The translations under genes were made by a program, and so were the position numbers. A stretch of 64,000 nt of DNA, taken from the NCBI GenBank assembly GCA_001179505.1, contig CDMY01000964.1:62001-126000 (forward strand). The letters are read 5' to 3'. Shown one piece after another: positions 49,866-62,316 of this stretch (positions are counted from its first letter, which is position 1; each line of letters starts with the position of its first letter). The DNA is from Vitrella brassicaformis CCMP3155. Taxonomy: Eukaryota; Protista; Chromerida. Below the pieces are notes generated by a model. The model worked only from the letters and a program-made list of their open reading frames with translations. It did no database searches and had not been told where the DNA came from.

Positions 49866-50865
49866 AGATTTATTCAAATGCCTAAGCCTTTATTGGATTG
49901 CGATGATTGATAAGTGTGTTGAGCGATGATGATTGGCTGACGGGTATTGTGCGTCATTGTTTCGTGACGGTGTCGGACTTAATGCACACTTGAATCCATT
50001 CATCCTCCATTCCCCGTTCGCCCTCTGTCGCTCGATCGGTCTCTCTCCCCCTACACGTGCGGCCCTGCGGCCCCTCTATCTGTGACACACCCCTCCATCC
50101 CTCAAGGCACGTCAGTCAGTATCTGGTCAGCAACACAGTCCGTCCGCCCATCTTTTCTGTCTTCCCCACTGCAGCAGGCAGCCAGTCAGTCAGATATAGA
50201 GGTAGAGGTAGAGTCAGGCAGCCAATCCAATCCAATCCACCGCACTTGACAAATGACGGGAGCGAATACAGAAAACAGCCGTAAGAGTGTCCGTCCGTCC
50301 GTCCGTCCGTCCGTCCAGGCAGTGACAAACAAATACACACGACAACTGCAGCCCAGCCCAGCCTGCCTAGATCAGATCAGACACACACAGACCACATACA
50401 TACCTGCCCACCCTCACATGCCATGTCATGCCCCTCCCCAGCCACCCAACGCACGGCACGGTATGCCCCCAGCTGTCCGAGTTAGCCAGCCAGCCAGCCA
50501 AAGATCCTCTCCCGGAAAAATACAACGGCCTCGCCACGCCACGCCTCGCAAGCAGAGACTAACCGCAAGCAGCTCGCCGCCCCTCGACCTGACTGACGTG
50601 ACGCGACGAACATCTGAGGCAACCAACCAACACCAAGAGCGGGTGAGCATCGTGTTGTTGTGCGCCCGTCTGCCTGTCTGTCTGTCTGTCTGTCCATGGA
50701 CGCGTACGGACCGTCAAGTCAGTCAGTCAGTCAGTCAGTCACGCGACAACGGCTTTTGGCTCGCTGGGGATACCATTCTGTTGCTCGCCCTTGTCTTGTG
50801 CTGCAGTCATCACACACACACACACACACTGAGCCGTGTCACTCTGTCTTTGTGTGAGTGCGTCA

Positions 50866-51266
50866 TCACATCTGGCTGCCTCCCGTGTCGGTCGTCTCAC
50901 CGGTCGGCTGCAGCTTGCGCAGTGCCTCGAGGTGCTGCTCCAGCTGCTTCTGCCGCTCCTCCTTGGCCTTGATGAAAGAAATGACGGTTCCATGCGACTC
51001 CTCAGCCTGGCGCACCACCTCAGCCAGGTTGGTGCGCTGCTCAAATGACTCTTGACACATGACAACAGAGGGAGACAGGGGGGGAAGGATGTGTGGTGTG
51101 TTGTCTGTGGACGGGCGACTGACTGACTGACTGACCGGTTCGTTCGATCTTCTCCTCCACCTCCCTTTCAAACTCGGTCTCGTCGTGCTCGGCCACCCGC
51201 AGCAGACCGATGTAGTTCTTACACTGAATGAGAGAGTGATTGAACCACACACAACACACGACACAG

Positions 51267-51297
<31 letters not shown>

Positions 51298-51462
51298 GAC
51301 AGACAGACAGACAGGTGGGTGTGAAGGGGGACCGTCTTTGGTTGTTTCTGGCTGTCGGCTGACCTCTTTGATTTCTGCTTCGGTCTCTTGGACTGTCGTT
51401 GGCAGAGCCGGCACGGCGGCCTCTGCGGACTTCTTGGTGCAGCCTGAAGGTGTGTTGCCCAT
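50866..51462 (-). CDS. Small coiled-coil protein with predicted N-myristoylation/palmitoylation (3 exons)
   Basis: MGNTPSGCTKK (G2, S6, C8) | CKNYIGLLRVAEHDETEFEREVEEKIERT | ESFEQRTNLAEVVRQAEESHG...RQKQLEQHLEALRKLQ. An upstream in-frame ATG at ~51571 is also possible. Confidence 0.6.
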
Positions 51463-51739
51463 CGGGGGTAAGGCTCGTTGCTCAGATGAATCCGACCCTC
51501 GTGTCAGACCTGATTGGCACATGCGGCCACAGCGATGGTTGCTTTGTGTGCATCTCTTTGTTTCGGTGCATGGGTGTCGTACCACAACCAACACGACGCG
51601 CGGAACCGGATGACGCAATGTTTTGTGTCGCCCTCCCTTGAGCTTGCAAACCCTCTAGTGTCAACTCACCTGACAGCTGTGTAGCGATGCCCAATACGCT
51701 CCAGATGCTGTGGGCAAGCTGATCTATTCGTTCATCAGG

Positions 51740-54141
51740 ATGTGTGTTCGATCCTGCTGTGATGATGCTCCAACACGCACGGAGATCGTCCCTCGAGCTC
51801 TGCCCTGCCTGACCGCTCTTATCGTCAGCATCATCAGTGCATTGCTCCTCACGGCCTCGTCGGCCCCGCCTCCCTCGCGCCGCGGATCTGTATGCGCCAC
51901 TTTCCTGCCGTGCACTCGGGGCGGCGTGTTTCAAAGACGGCGGACTCTGCAATGGATGACGAGTGACGTGCAGAAAATACATCATGAGACCGAGTGCGTG
52001 TTTGCTGGCATCGACTTCGGTGAGCTAAGATGGTCTGGCCATGGACGGACACACACAAGACCCACACCACACACAATCATTATGCGGCCACACACGTGTG
52101 TGTGCATGTGTGCCGTGTCCATTCATTAAGGTACGAGTGGGTGTCGCATCAGTGTGATTGACGGGGATGAGCGTGAGCTTTTCAGCGACAGCGTCAGGTG
52201 GCACCAGCTGGCTGCCTCTGCCTCATCATCCACACCTACGCGTCAACCCCACACGGACGGTGCGCTTGCCGCCGACCCGTCTTTGTGGCTGGCGGGGCTG
52301 CACCGCCTGATGGCTGCCGTGCCGGTAGAGATGAGGCGATCCATGCGGGCGATAGCTGTCGATGGCACATCGGCCACGGTGCTCCTGGTGGACACCACCA
52401 CCGGCAAAGTCACCAGGTCGGTCAGATCAAACAAAACAAGCCCAAGAGACAGACATACCAACACGGACGCACCCATCTCTCTCTCCCGGTTTTCCCACTT
52501 GCAGAGGGTGCCGTTTGTATAATTGGAGTGCACTGGATGAGGATGAGGATGAGGCGCCAGCAGAAGGCCCGCGTGCATGGGCGATGGCCAAGGCCGTCAG
52601 CCCCCCCGGCAGCCCCGCCTGCTCCCCCACCTCGAGCTTCGTCAAGTGCCTCACATGGCTGCTGGAGAGACCGCTCGACGCCGACGAAAAGTCGGTATGA
52701 CGAAGGAATAGATAGATAAGAGAGGGAGGGAGGGAGGGAGGTCAGGGGGCCGCAAATGAGATCAATGGTGTGTTTGTTTGTGTGTTTGTGTTTTGAGCAG
52801 GATAGCTCATCAGTGTGACTTTGTCTTGGCGTATCTTCGGAGCTCTGAGGAGGGCGGGCCGATGGAGGTCGTCACGGATTGGAACAACGCCTTGAAAATC
52901 GGTGGGCTGGGCGGCTACACGGCAAGAAAGAACCAACCCAGCCAAACAGACAAGACACACACATCCTTTCTGTCTGTCTGCCTGCCGGCCGTCTTGCCAG
53001 GCTATGACTGCGAGACTCTCAGCTACCCTCCCTGGCTGAAGGGGCATCGGACAGCCGCAGATCCTTCAATGAGGGCCACACTCGAGAGCCTCTTTGATGC
53101 CCTCCCTCCTGTGGTGGCGCCGGGCGAGGTGTTGGGCCATGTGGCGGCGGGCAGAGTCGAGCAGTGGTCTCTGCCTGCCGACTGCAGGGTGGTCAGCGGC
53201 ACTACTGACAGCATCGCGGCCTTTCTTGCTGCTGGTAGGTGTGTGGGTGTCTTTGCGTGTCTTTGACTGGCAGGGAGGTGTGTTCGTGTGTGTATGTGTG
53301 CAGGGGCGAGTCGCGTTGGGGATGCGGTGACGACCCTGGGCAGCACCTTGGCCATCAAGCTGCTCACACCTGACCCTGTCGAGGACGCACAGGCCGGCGT
53401 ATACAGGTGAGTGAGGTGAGTGCGGCACACACAGACTGAATGCCGACCGTTCGTGTGTGTGTTCCAGCCACAGGATTCCCCTGTCCGTGTTGCCGCCTGG
53501 CGATAGGAGCAGCAGCGATCCAACGACCACCGATCGGTGCTTCCTGGCTGGCGGTGCGAGCAACGTGGGATGCGCTGTGTTGGTGGACGAGGGCTTTTCA
53601 GACGATGAGCTGAGACAGCTCTCTGCACAGATCGACCCCGAAACCGACTCGCCCCTCGACTACTACCCCATGAGAGGTAGTAGGTACACGGCCACACACA
53701 CAGAGGACTCCACCACAGCTCTGCTGTACGTGTCTCTGCAGGTGTTGGCGAGCGATTCCCGTTCAACGATCCCCATCGTGTGGGCCGCCTGCAGCCAAAA
53801 CCAGGCACCAGGAAGGAGTACCTCCACGGCATCCTCCAGGCAAGCAACACGTCGAACGCCACACAATAATTAAATGAACCCACCCATCCTCCATCCGCTC
53901 ACGTGTACAGGGCATTGCCTCAGTGGAAGTGGCGGGCTACGCGAAGCTGAAGAAACTGGGCGGCGCGCCAAAGGCAGCGGTGCGGCGTGTCTTCACTGCT
54001 GGCGGCGGGGCGCAGAACGACGTGTGGCGGCGGATGCGAGAGCGGATGCTGGGGGTGCCTGTGATCAGGTCGGAGCACACGGACTCTGCATATGGCGCTG
54101 CGCTTCTCGCCAAGAGGGCCCTTGACCGGCTGAGTGACTGA
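51740..54141 (+). CDS. FGGY-family carbohydrate kinase, plant/cyanobacterial D-ribulose kinase (XK-1) type, probably plastid-targeted; multi-exon
   Basis: AGIDFG|TSGCR, AIAVDGTSAT, IAHQCDF..VTDWNNALK, VVSGTTDSIAAF, VTTLGSTLAIK, LAGGASNVG, GERFPFNDP, TAGGGAQNDVW, AYGAALLA. The leader has a hydrophobic segment (LTALIVSIISALLLTASSA) plus an R/S/T-rich stretch. Confidence 0.88.
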
Positions 54142-54221
54142 CTCACTGACTGACTCACTGACTGACTCACTGAGCTGGCTGGTCGAAAGATTGATGCCCA
54201 ACCTCAGAAACGGTTGTTATC

Positions 54222-54265
54222 AGGGTTTCAGGGCTAGGGTTCCAAACCCTGGAACCCGAAACCCT
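54222..54265. repeat. Head-to-head degenerate telomere-like repeats forming an imperfect inverted repeat
   Basis: agggtttcagggctagggttcc is followed by aaaccctggaacccgaaaccct; it ends 45 bp upstream of ATG 54310. Confidence 0.6.
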
Positions 54266-54309
54266 GCTGTTACCTATTTTCCTCCTTGCTTACCGGTTTG
54301 TATGTTGAG

Positions 54310-54915
54310 ATGCTAAGTGCCTTCAAAGCCGCTTTGCGCCTCCCCACAAGGCGCCTCTCCGCCCCTCCCGTCCCTCCCTGTCCCCATCCCCACCACAGGA
54401 GACTCACCTGCTCCCTCTCCCGCCGCCTGCACAGCCCCCGCGGCAGCGACGAGCGGGGCGACGAGCAGACAGGCGTCAAGGGCGGCCGGTCGGATGATGA
54501 CCCGAGCAGGCGCGGCGGTGCGATTCTGCGGAAGATGAGTGCCGTCATCGCCACAGATCAGTCGGTGGCCGAGCGATGCGCCAAACTCATGGACAAGTCA
54601 GTGAGAGAGGCGGAGAGGCAGATCAGAGGCTTTGCACACACCGCGGTGTGGTTGTTGATTGATCTGTGGTCTGTCTGGGATGGTGTGGTGTGGTGTGGTC
54701 AGGCGCTCCCTGGAGCGTTTGTGCGAGGCGGTGCAGAACGAGTCTGCGTACGTGCCGAAGCCCTCCAACCGGCAGCTGAGCCTGGTGGCGCTGTCCTCGT
54801 GTGTGGCATTTATCGGGTTCGGTTTCTGTGACAACTTCATCATGATCATTGCCGGCGACCTGGTGAGTCGGCAGACAACTTGACCCACCCCACACACACG
54901 TCTGCAATTCTCGCA

Positions 54916-54981
<66 letters not shown>

Positions 54982-56453
54982 ATTGACACGACTCTGTGTG
55001 TGGTGTTGGGTTTGTCGACTCTTGCTGCAGCGGGCATCGGCAACACGGTGAGTGACATCCTGGGTGTGTGGATCGGGGGTTTCATCGAGGACATGGGCAA
55101 GCGGATCGGCATCCCCCAACACAACCTCAACACCAGCCAAATGAAGCGAACCATCACCACTATCTGGTGTGTAGCCGAACCAACCGCCACACCAATGGTG
55201 GCAGAATTGACACCGATGTCCCCTGTCTGTCGTTGTCTGTCACCAGGTCGAATGGCGGCAGTGCGGTCGGGGTAACCATCGGCTGTCTCGTGGGCATGTT
55301 CCCCCTTCTCATTATGGACACCGAGACCGCCGAGCGACGGCGGGTGGAGGACCAGACCCACCAGCTCTTCGACATTGTCGAGGAGGAGCTGCGCGGCGTC
55401 CTAGAGGTGGAGCAGGCCACTCTATATCTCATCTCTACCGCCCTCGAGGAGCTGCAGACCAAGTACCAGCCCCGGCTTCACCAGCCTGACCACGTGTCGG
55501 CGGCGGACACCATGGCGAGCAGCACTGGGGGCAATGGTGAGGAGGGGAGGTCGGTGTTGGCGGCTTTGTTCCCGTCGGTGTGTGGCGGGAATGGGCAGAA
55601 GGACGACGACCTCATCAGGATACAGCTGTCGGATGTCGACAGAAAGGAGGGCCTGGGGGTCGTCATCGAAAAGAAAAAGGTGAGTGAGCGACGCCACACA
55701 CACACTCACGCACAGAGGGAGACAGACACACCTCAGCCCCGCTGTGTGTGTGCGTGTGTGTCAGTTGATCAACATCGACGGCAAGAAGGCCGCCCAGTGG
55801 AAGTCCTATCCCCGCATCATGCGCAAGCAGGACATGCCCCCACCCTCCCCGCCCCCGACAGCTCCCACACCCATCCGCAGCGCCGCCGCGCCCCTCCCCG
55901 ACTCGATCGTCGAAGCCCCCAAGGAGGACAAGAAGAAAACCAAGGTGGCTGGCGAAAAGGTGGGTGAGCGCGGCGGCAAGGAGGAGGGCTCGCGGGTGCT
56001 CGCGGCGCCGAAGCAAGTCATGGCAGCACCAATCATCAGCACGACGGTCCGTGAGACAGAGAGATGGGAGATAGAGAGATGGATGGATGGATGGATGGGC
56101 TCTGGTGTCCGTGTGTCCGTGTGTGTGTGTTAAAGGGTGAGGTGATAGGTGTGATAGAGGCCATCAACAGCACACGGGGCGCCCGCTTCCGCGCGACCGA
56201 CGAGGAGATCCTGCGGTCGGTGTGCACTCAGCTGGCGGTGCCGCTGGAGGGCCAGGAGGTCCAGCACACACTCCAGCACCCCAACGCAGTGCGCAAGGCA
56301 CTCTGGTCAGCAAGCACCTCATTGACACAGACGTTTCTCTGTCTCCTTGCGCCATGTCTCTGTCTGTCTGTCTGTCTGCAGGTTGTGTCGAGGGCAGGTG
56401 TTGTGTGGGACTCAGGGTGGTGGTGTGTCGGCCCGTGCCAGGTTCCTGGCTGA
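54310..56453 (+). CDS. TMEM65-like mitochondrial membrane domain fused to a C-terminal GAF-like domain; multi-exon
   Basis: The N-terminus is R/S/L-rich and acid-free (MLSAFKAALRLPTRRLSA), like a mitochondrial presequence. TMEM65 motifs: AFIGFGFCDNFIMIIAGD, GLSTLAAAGIGNTVSD, GVTIGCLVGMFPL. GAF-like: VLEVEQATLYLI ... QVMAAPIISTT|GEVIGVIEAINS..RFRATDEEILRSVCTQLAV. The last exon is uncertain. Confidence 0.8.
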
Positions 56454-56799
56454 CCTGCCCCCTCCCAAGCAGGAGGGAAGGGTGGTCGTCTGGCTGCGGT
56501 CGCTCGCCACATGACACCACATGACACATCACATAGCGTGGTCGAACGGGTTTGTGTGATGGCCTGTCGAAAGAGGGAGAGCTGTGTTGGTGAGCTGGCT
56601 GTGGGTGTGGTGTTTCTTCCATCCGTTGTACTTCCTTGTGGGTGCTGGTGCTACTTGCTCATGCTGAGAGCTTCGTCGCCGTGGCTCAGCGTGCCCACCC
56701 ATATCGATCCTCTTGCCGGTGGGTCGGGGGGAGTTCTCTGTGCTGCGGAGACGGCGCTTGATCATGAGCCAGTGGTGAAGCACGTGTGAGTCAGATCAT

Positions 56800-59700
56800 G
56801 AGACGAGGAGTGCCTGTGGTTGGATTGGCCCTTGGGGCGTGCGGCACGTCAACGGCATCGACTCACGGGCGTGTCACCGCCCCCACCTGTCGATGCGGTG
56901 CATGTGTCATATGCCCTGAGGGTGTATCCAACACAGAGTAGGTGACGGGCGTACTCCACCACTGACCATGGTGCTTGTGATGTGAGCGTTGCGGTGATGC
57001 GATAGAGGGGTTGAAAGCCCAAGAAACAGGCAGGCAGGCATCACATGACACGAGTCCGTCCATCCATCCATCCATCAACCAGCCCACCACATCACGCCAT
57101 ACATACACACCGTTGACACACCACATGAGTCGATCGTTCAATTGAAAGCAATGCAGCAATCAGAGAGAGAGAGAGAGAGTGCTCGAGTGAGTAGTTAGTA
57201 TAAGATAAGCAAAGGCAGCCGCCTCATGTATCAGCCATCCGCCATCACACCAGCCGCAGCACAACGCACCAACGCACCAAGGCACCAACCAGTCCACCGC
57301 ACCCGAAATGACTAACCAAACCGATCAGCCCCCAGGAAGAGAGTAAGTATCCACATGTGATGTGACAGACAGACATAAGGCACACTCACGCGCACCTTGT
57401 GAGCAGACAGGCAGGCAGAAACGAGGAAGCAACCAAAGCACCCCAGCCCGGCCGCACACAAACACCAGACAGACCGGCAGAGTGGACCAAAAATGTTGGT
57501 AGGTATGTGATGTCTTGCTGTACTTAGCCGCCAAGGCAGACAGGCCAACGCAAGTAAGTGGTCTTCGCTCGTAAACCAGGCAGGCAGGCAGACAAAGAGG
57601 GAGGGAGGGAGGAAAGGGCTCACGCTATGGTACAGTGGCGTTGACAACAACAGCGCACACACAGACAGTCAGACGACAGGTGCATGGGAAAAGCATCGCA
57701 CCACACCGCTCCTCTCTCTCAACTCATCTTTCTGAGGTCCCTCGGTCGTCCCTCGAGGCGCTTCCTTCGCTTGACCCACGCCACGTCAGCCTTCCTGCCT
57801 GTTCGAAAGACACGAAGGCAACAATGACATGGCTGAAACAGAGGAAGGGCCTCGATGGACAGACAGATGACAGATCAAGGCCTCTCTCTCTTCTGTTGAC
57901 GTATGGTGTGTCTTCTGCTTCAAGCAAACGACAAGGACTGCGACTGCCCGTCTGTGCTCTTCTGGCGCACAGAGGAGCGGTCGCGCAGCCCCAGCCAGCT
58001 GGAAGAAGCAGAGACACACTCCCACGCATCAGGCACCGCTCACGAGAAGAGAAGACCGATCCCCAACACCCCCATCACACAAGACAACCCAACCGCATGG
58101 GCGACACCACCCCACACCATCTCACGGCCCCCTGACGACAAAGCAACGACATTCGAGTGTCATAAGCCCTTCCTTTATCCGCCTATCCCTCCCTCCCTCC
58201 CTCCGGAGCAACATGGTGTCTCTCCAAATTTCAAAAGCCCTTTCCAATCCCACCTCCCCATCCTCTGACTCATTCATCCAATGTCGCTATACACACCGTC
58301 ACAGGCACGCAGACAGACAGGCATGCAGGCAGGGAGTGACTCACTGACTCACTGAGTGACGTACGACTAAGGCTTTGCATCGCTCGCTCGCTGGCCAACC
58401 CGGCTGGCAGGGTGGGTGGCTGGCTGGCACGTGTGTGTGTGTGTGCGTGTGCGTCCCCTCTCTCTGTACAACCGAGGGGCAAGCGACACACACGCACAGC
58501 GCAGCACAGCACAGCGAGCTAATTCACGACAGATACAGGGGTGGGGGCACATGCGCTCTCTCGGTGTGGCACACACACACAGACAGACACACAGACAGAC
58601 AGACAGACAGACAGACCGACCGACAGAGTATCAAACACTTCTGGATAGGCGCCGCAAGAGGGCTGGCTGAAGGCATGCCAGCGCCCCCTTCGCCACTCCA
58701 GACAGGCAGACAGAGCAACGGACGAATAGACAAAGCGACACCGACTTTCACCCAGACGTCAGAGGAAGAGAAAGTAGGCAGTAGCAGACGTAGAGAGTGG
58801 ATAGACACGCACCCAAGACGTACTCACAGACCGACGAACTCAGTGAGACACACCGACAGGCAGACAGACAGAGACAGACAGACGGGGGACAGACACCTCT
58901 CCTCTGCCCTCCCCCCTCCTCTCCCCTCTCACTCTTCCTCTCTGATTCAAATCAAAAATGGCCGCGCCATCCAGCCACTTTCTCTGCTTTTGTGAGTCTA
59001 AGAGACCGTTGATGGAGAACGAGAAGGAAGGATTGTAAGAAATGAACAGTGACACTGACGCCCAACAGAGATAGAGAGAGGAGAGGGGACAAGAGGGAAA
59101 GAGAAACCAACCAACCAACCGACCGACCGCCTGCACATCCATCCACCCCATGTCTGTGTATGCATGCATGCGTTGTTGGTGGCATGCAAAACGACGCACG
59201 CGCGATGCACCCACCCCACCCCCTCATGGCTGGCTGCAGCACACCACCTTCAAAACACCATCCATCCATCCATCCATTGGTATGGTTGGCATCCATCATC
59301 AGAAACACCACACCACAGCCAGGTCAGTCAGTCAGAGCACAAACGCATCCCCGCCCCTCTTGTAAATCCACGTGTGAGTAGCTAGCTGCTTTAAACCTCC
59401 CGTGAGAATGGACCAACCTCCCGCCCGAATGATGACCGACCGCACCGCACAAAGACTTTGTTGTTGCTGGCTCGCACTAACAAATGGCTCCTCTCCTCCT
59501 CTCGCTCGGCACACACGCACGCAAGCACTATAATGGGAAGCGGGCGAAATGAGTGTTGTATGTACGGGCAAGGCACACACTCACCCTCACTCACACGACA
59601 GCTAGCACACAGAGAGATAGATACACACACATGCACGGTGTGGAATCAATCGACCACCATACCATCACAACAACCACTCGCTCTCCTCACCCCTCTCGCT

Positions 59701-62250
59701 CCTCGTCTGCTCGCTCATGCGGTCCGGTATGTGTGTGTGTGTGTGTGTGCTCTTAGCCGCGCGCGAAATGACGCAGCAGGAGAAAACTGATCCCACATGC
59801 GCTCGCTCGTGACGAGAGAGTGCATCGGGCGGAGAAAAAGAGCGGTTGGTTGTTGCTTCCACACGAGAAGGCCTGACTGGCCGACCGACCGACCGACCCG
59901 CACAGGAGAGAGGCGGGGGAAGGAGAGAGAAAAGAGGGGAGGGGAGGGGAGACAGACAGACAGACAGGCAGTCAGACGGGGGCAGGGCAGGGCTGAGCTG
60001 CTATTGGGCTATGTACAAGAGGGAGGGGTGTTGCTGTCTGGCATGCTTGAACGGCATGCTGGCTACCAGCAAGAGCGGGGCGGGGCGAAACTACCGATTT
60101 CGCGCTCTCCCTCCCAGCCCGCCTGTCTGCCTGCCTGGCTGTATCTACGCCTCCCAATTTAGCATTGCGCTTTCCTTCGCACCCACAGCTGGTGGACTCT
60201 CTGTCCCTATCCCTCTCTGCTGACCTCTCCCGCTCTCCCTCTCTCCTGTGTGTGCCGGCAAGACGGCCTCTCTCGCTCGCTGGCTCGGTTTGCACAGACA
60301 GTCGTCGACAGGTACATACATACCGACCAGCTATATAAACGATGCTCTTCTCGGCCTCTCTGCGTGTTAGAGAGGATGGAAGACGTGAAGACGGCTGACT
60401 GACGCAGCGCGTCATGTCATTCTTCGTTCGTTTGTTGTCCACCCACACACCCCACACACACAGCCACAAGACAATACACAAGAGAGACACTCATACAGAG
60501 ACATAGAGAGAGGCAGTCAGTCATTTAAGATCGGTGTCAGGTATTGGCGGGCGTGCCGGCGCGTGTGGGTGTGCGTGCGGGCAATGTGCTGTGCTGTCTC
60601 CTCTGTTTTCGCTTTGCCGGTCGTGGCCTGACTGCAACCACACACGGTCACGCTCACGCTAACGCACATTGACCCCACGCGCGGAAGACAAAAAGATGGA
60701 TGGAGGTCGGTTTGGCAGCACACATGCATGACACACATGACACACATAGGGGGCGCGGCGCGGTGCACACACACGCTGATATGACTGACTGACGGTGAGT
60801 AGCTCGCCTTCGTGTCGCCTGTCTGCAGGTAATAGGTACACAATGAACGATAGAGACATACAGACTCTTGGCCATGGTGGTGCCATGGGGTGGATCGATG
60901 GCCTCTGTTCTGCCAGACAGAAAAAGATATAAACCAGCAGTGCGGCAGTCAGGCAGTCAGTCAGTCAGTCTTTTCCATACGTCTGTGTCTCTTGTCCAAC
61001 ATTGAGAGGGGCATACAGCTACGCAGGCAGGCAGGTAGGTAGGCAGTGTGTATGGTGTGTCTGGGGGAGAGAGGAGGGGTGGGGNNNNNNNNNNNNNNNN
61101 NNNNNNNNNNNNNNNNNNNNNNNNNNNNNNNNNNNNNNNNNNNNNNNNNNNNNNNNNNNNNNNNNNNNNNNNNNNNNNNNNNNNNNNNNNNNNNNNNNNN
61201 NNNNNNNNNNNNNNNNNNNNNNNNNNNNNNNNNNNNNNNNNNNNNNNNNNNNNNNNNNNNNNNNNNNNNNNNNNNNNNNNNNNNNNNNNNNNNNNNNNNN
61301 NNNNNNNNNNNNNNNNNNNNNNNNNNNNNNNNNNNNNNNNNNNNNNNNNNNNNNNNNNNNNNNNNNNNNNNNNNNNNNNNNNNNGGAGGGGGAGGGGGAG
61401 GGGAGGGGGAGGGGGGTCCGGCCACTCAGTCACTTTTGCCACTCACTCATTCCGCCACACACACCAGCCATCACACATGGTCAGTCAGGTCACTGTCTGC
61501 CACTCACTCGCACACACACAGGGATGGATGGATAGATGAATACATGGATGGATGGAAGACTGATGAATTCTGTCTGTGTTGTGTGTGGTGCGGGTCAGTG
61601 CGGCCCGCAGCCTGTCAGTGAATCAACCCACCTCCACCCACCCACCCAAGCACCCAGCCAGCCACCGCACCAAATGCAGCCAAGATCCATCAGCCAGTCA
61701 GTCAGCACCGCACCGCTAAGCCTCCCAGCCGACGGCCAAACAGGCCGCCCGTCGGCAGGGCGAATTCCCCTCACCTCACCCATCCCATCAGCCAAACAGC
61801 CGGACAGACAGACAGACATATCACCACACGCACGCACAACGACAAATACACTCACACCACTCGCACGCTCACGCTCACGCGCTCACACACTCCATTCACA
61901 CACACACACACAAGCAATGCATTCCCAGTCAGTCAATCCGTCCGTCAGACAGTGAGCCAGTCAGCCATGCCTGACGCTATCGTCATATTAGATTGGAATA
62001 GAGTAGTTAGTACTGCTGGTCGATCGGTCGACTCACAGCCGGACTCAAACCAACCAACCAGTCACACCCCACCCCAGCACACCCGAGCACACCCAAGCAC
62101 CCAGCCAGCCACTCACACACCGGTCCATCCCACCCATCCGATGCATCTCAGTCTGATACTGACCTGCATCGATCGCATCGCGGGCGGCACCAAACACCCC
62201 CACACACACGAAGACACAATGAGCGAATGCCTGAGAAGGAAGGCTGGCTG
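56800..62250. repeat. Long microsatellite-rich intergenic region (GACA, CAGT, CCAT, GA, CA)
   Basis: Tandem arrays are visible directly; no recognisable protein motif. Confidence 0.65.
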
Positions 62251-62316
62251 ACACGTCATCCATCCCTTCGAGCTTACCGTGCCTGAGTGGGTAGATCCGA
62301 TCCGTCCATCCATCCA

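Noticed and set aside
57635-58268. Moderately complex ORFs in the long intergenic region
   Set aside because: No recognisable motif, weak codon bias and no consistent exon chain.
15211-61621. ORFs containing long X runs
   Set aside because: They are artefacts of translating through 300-N gaps.
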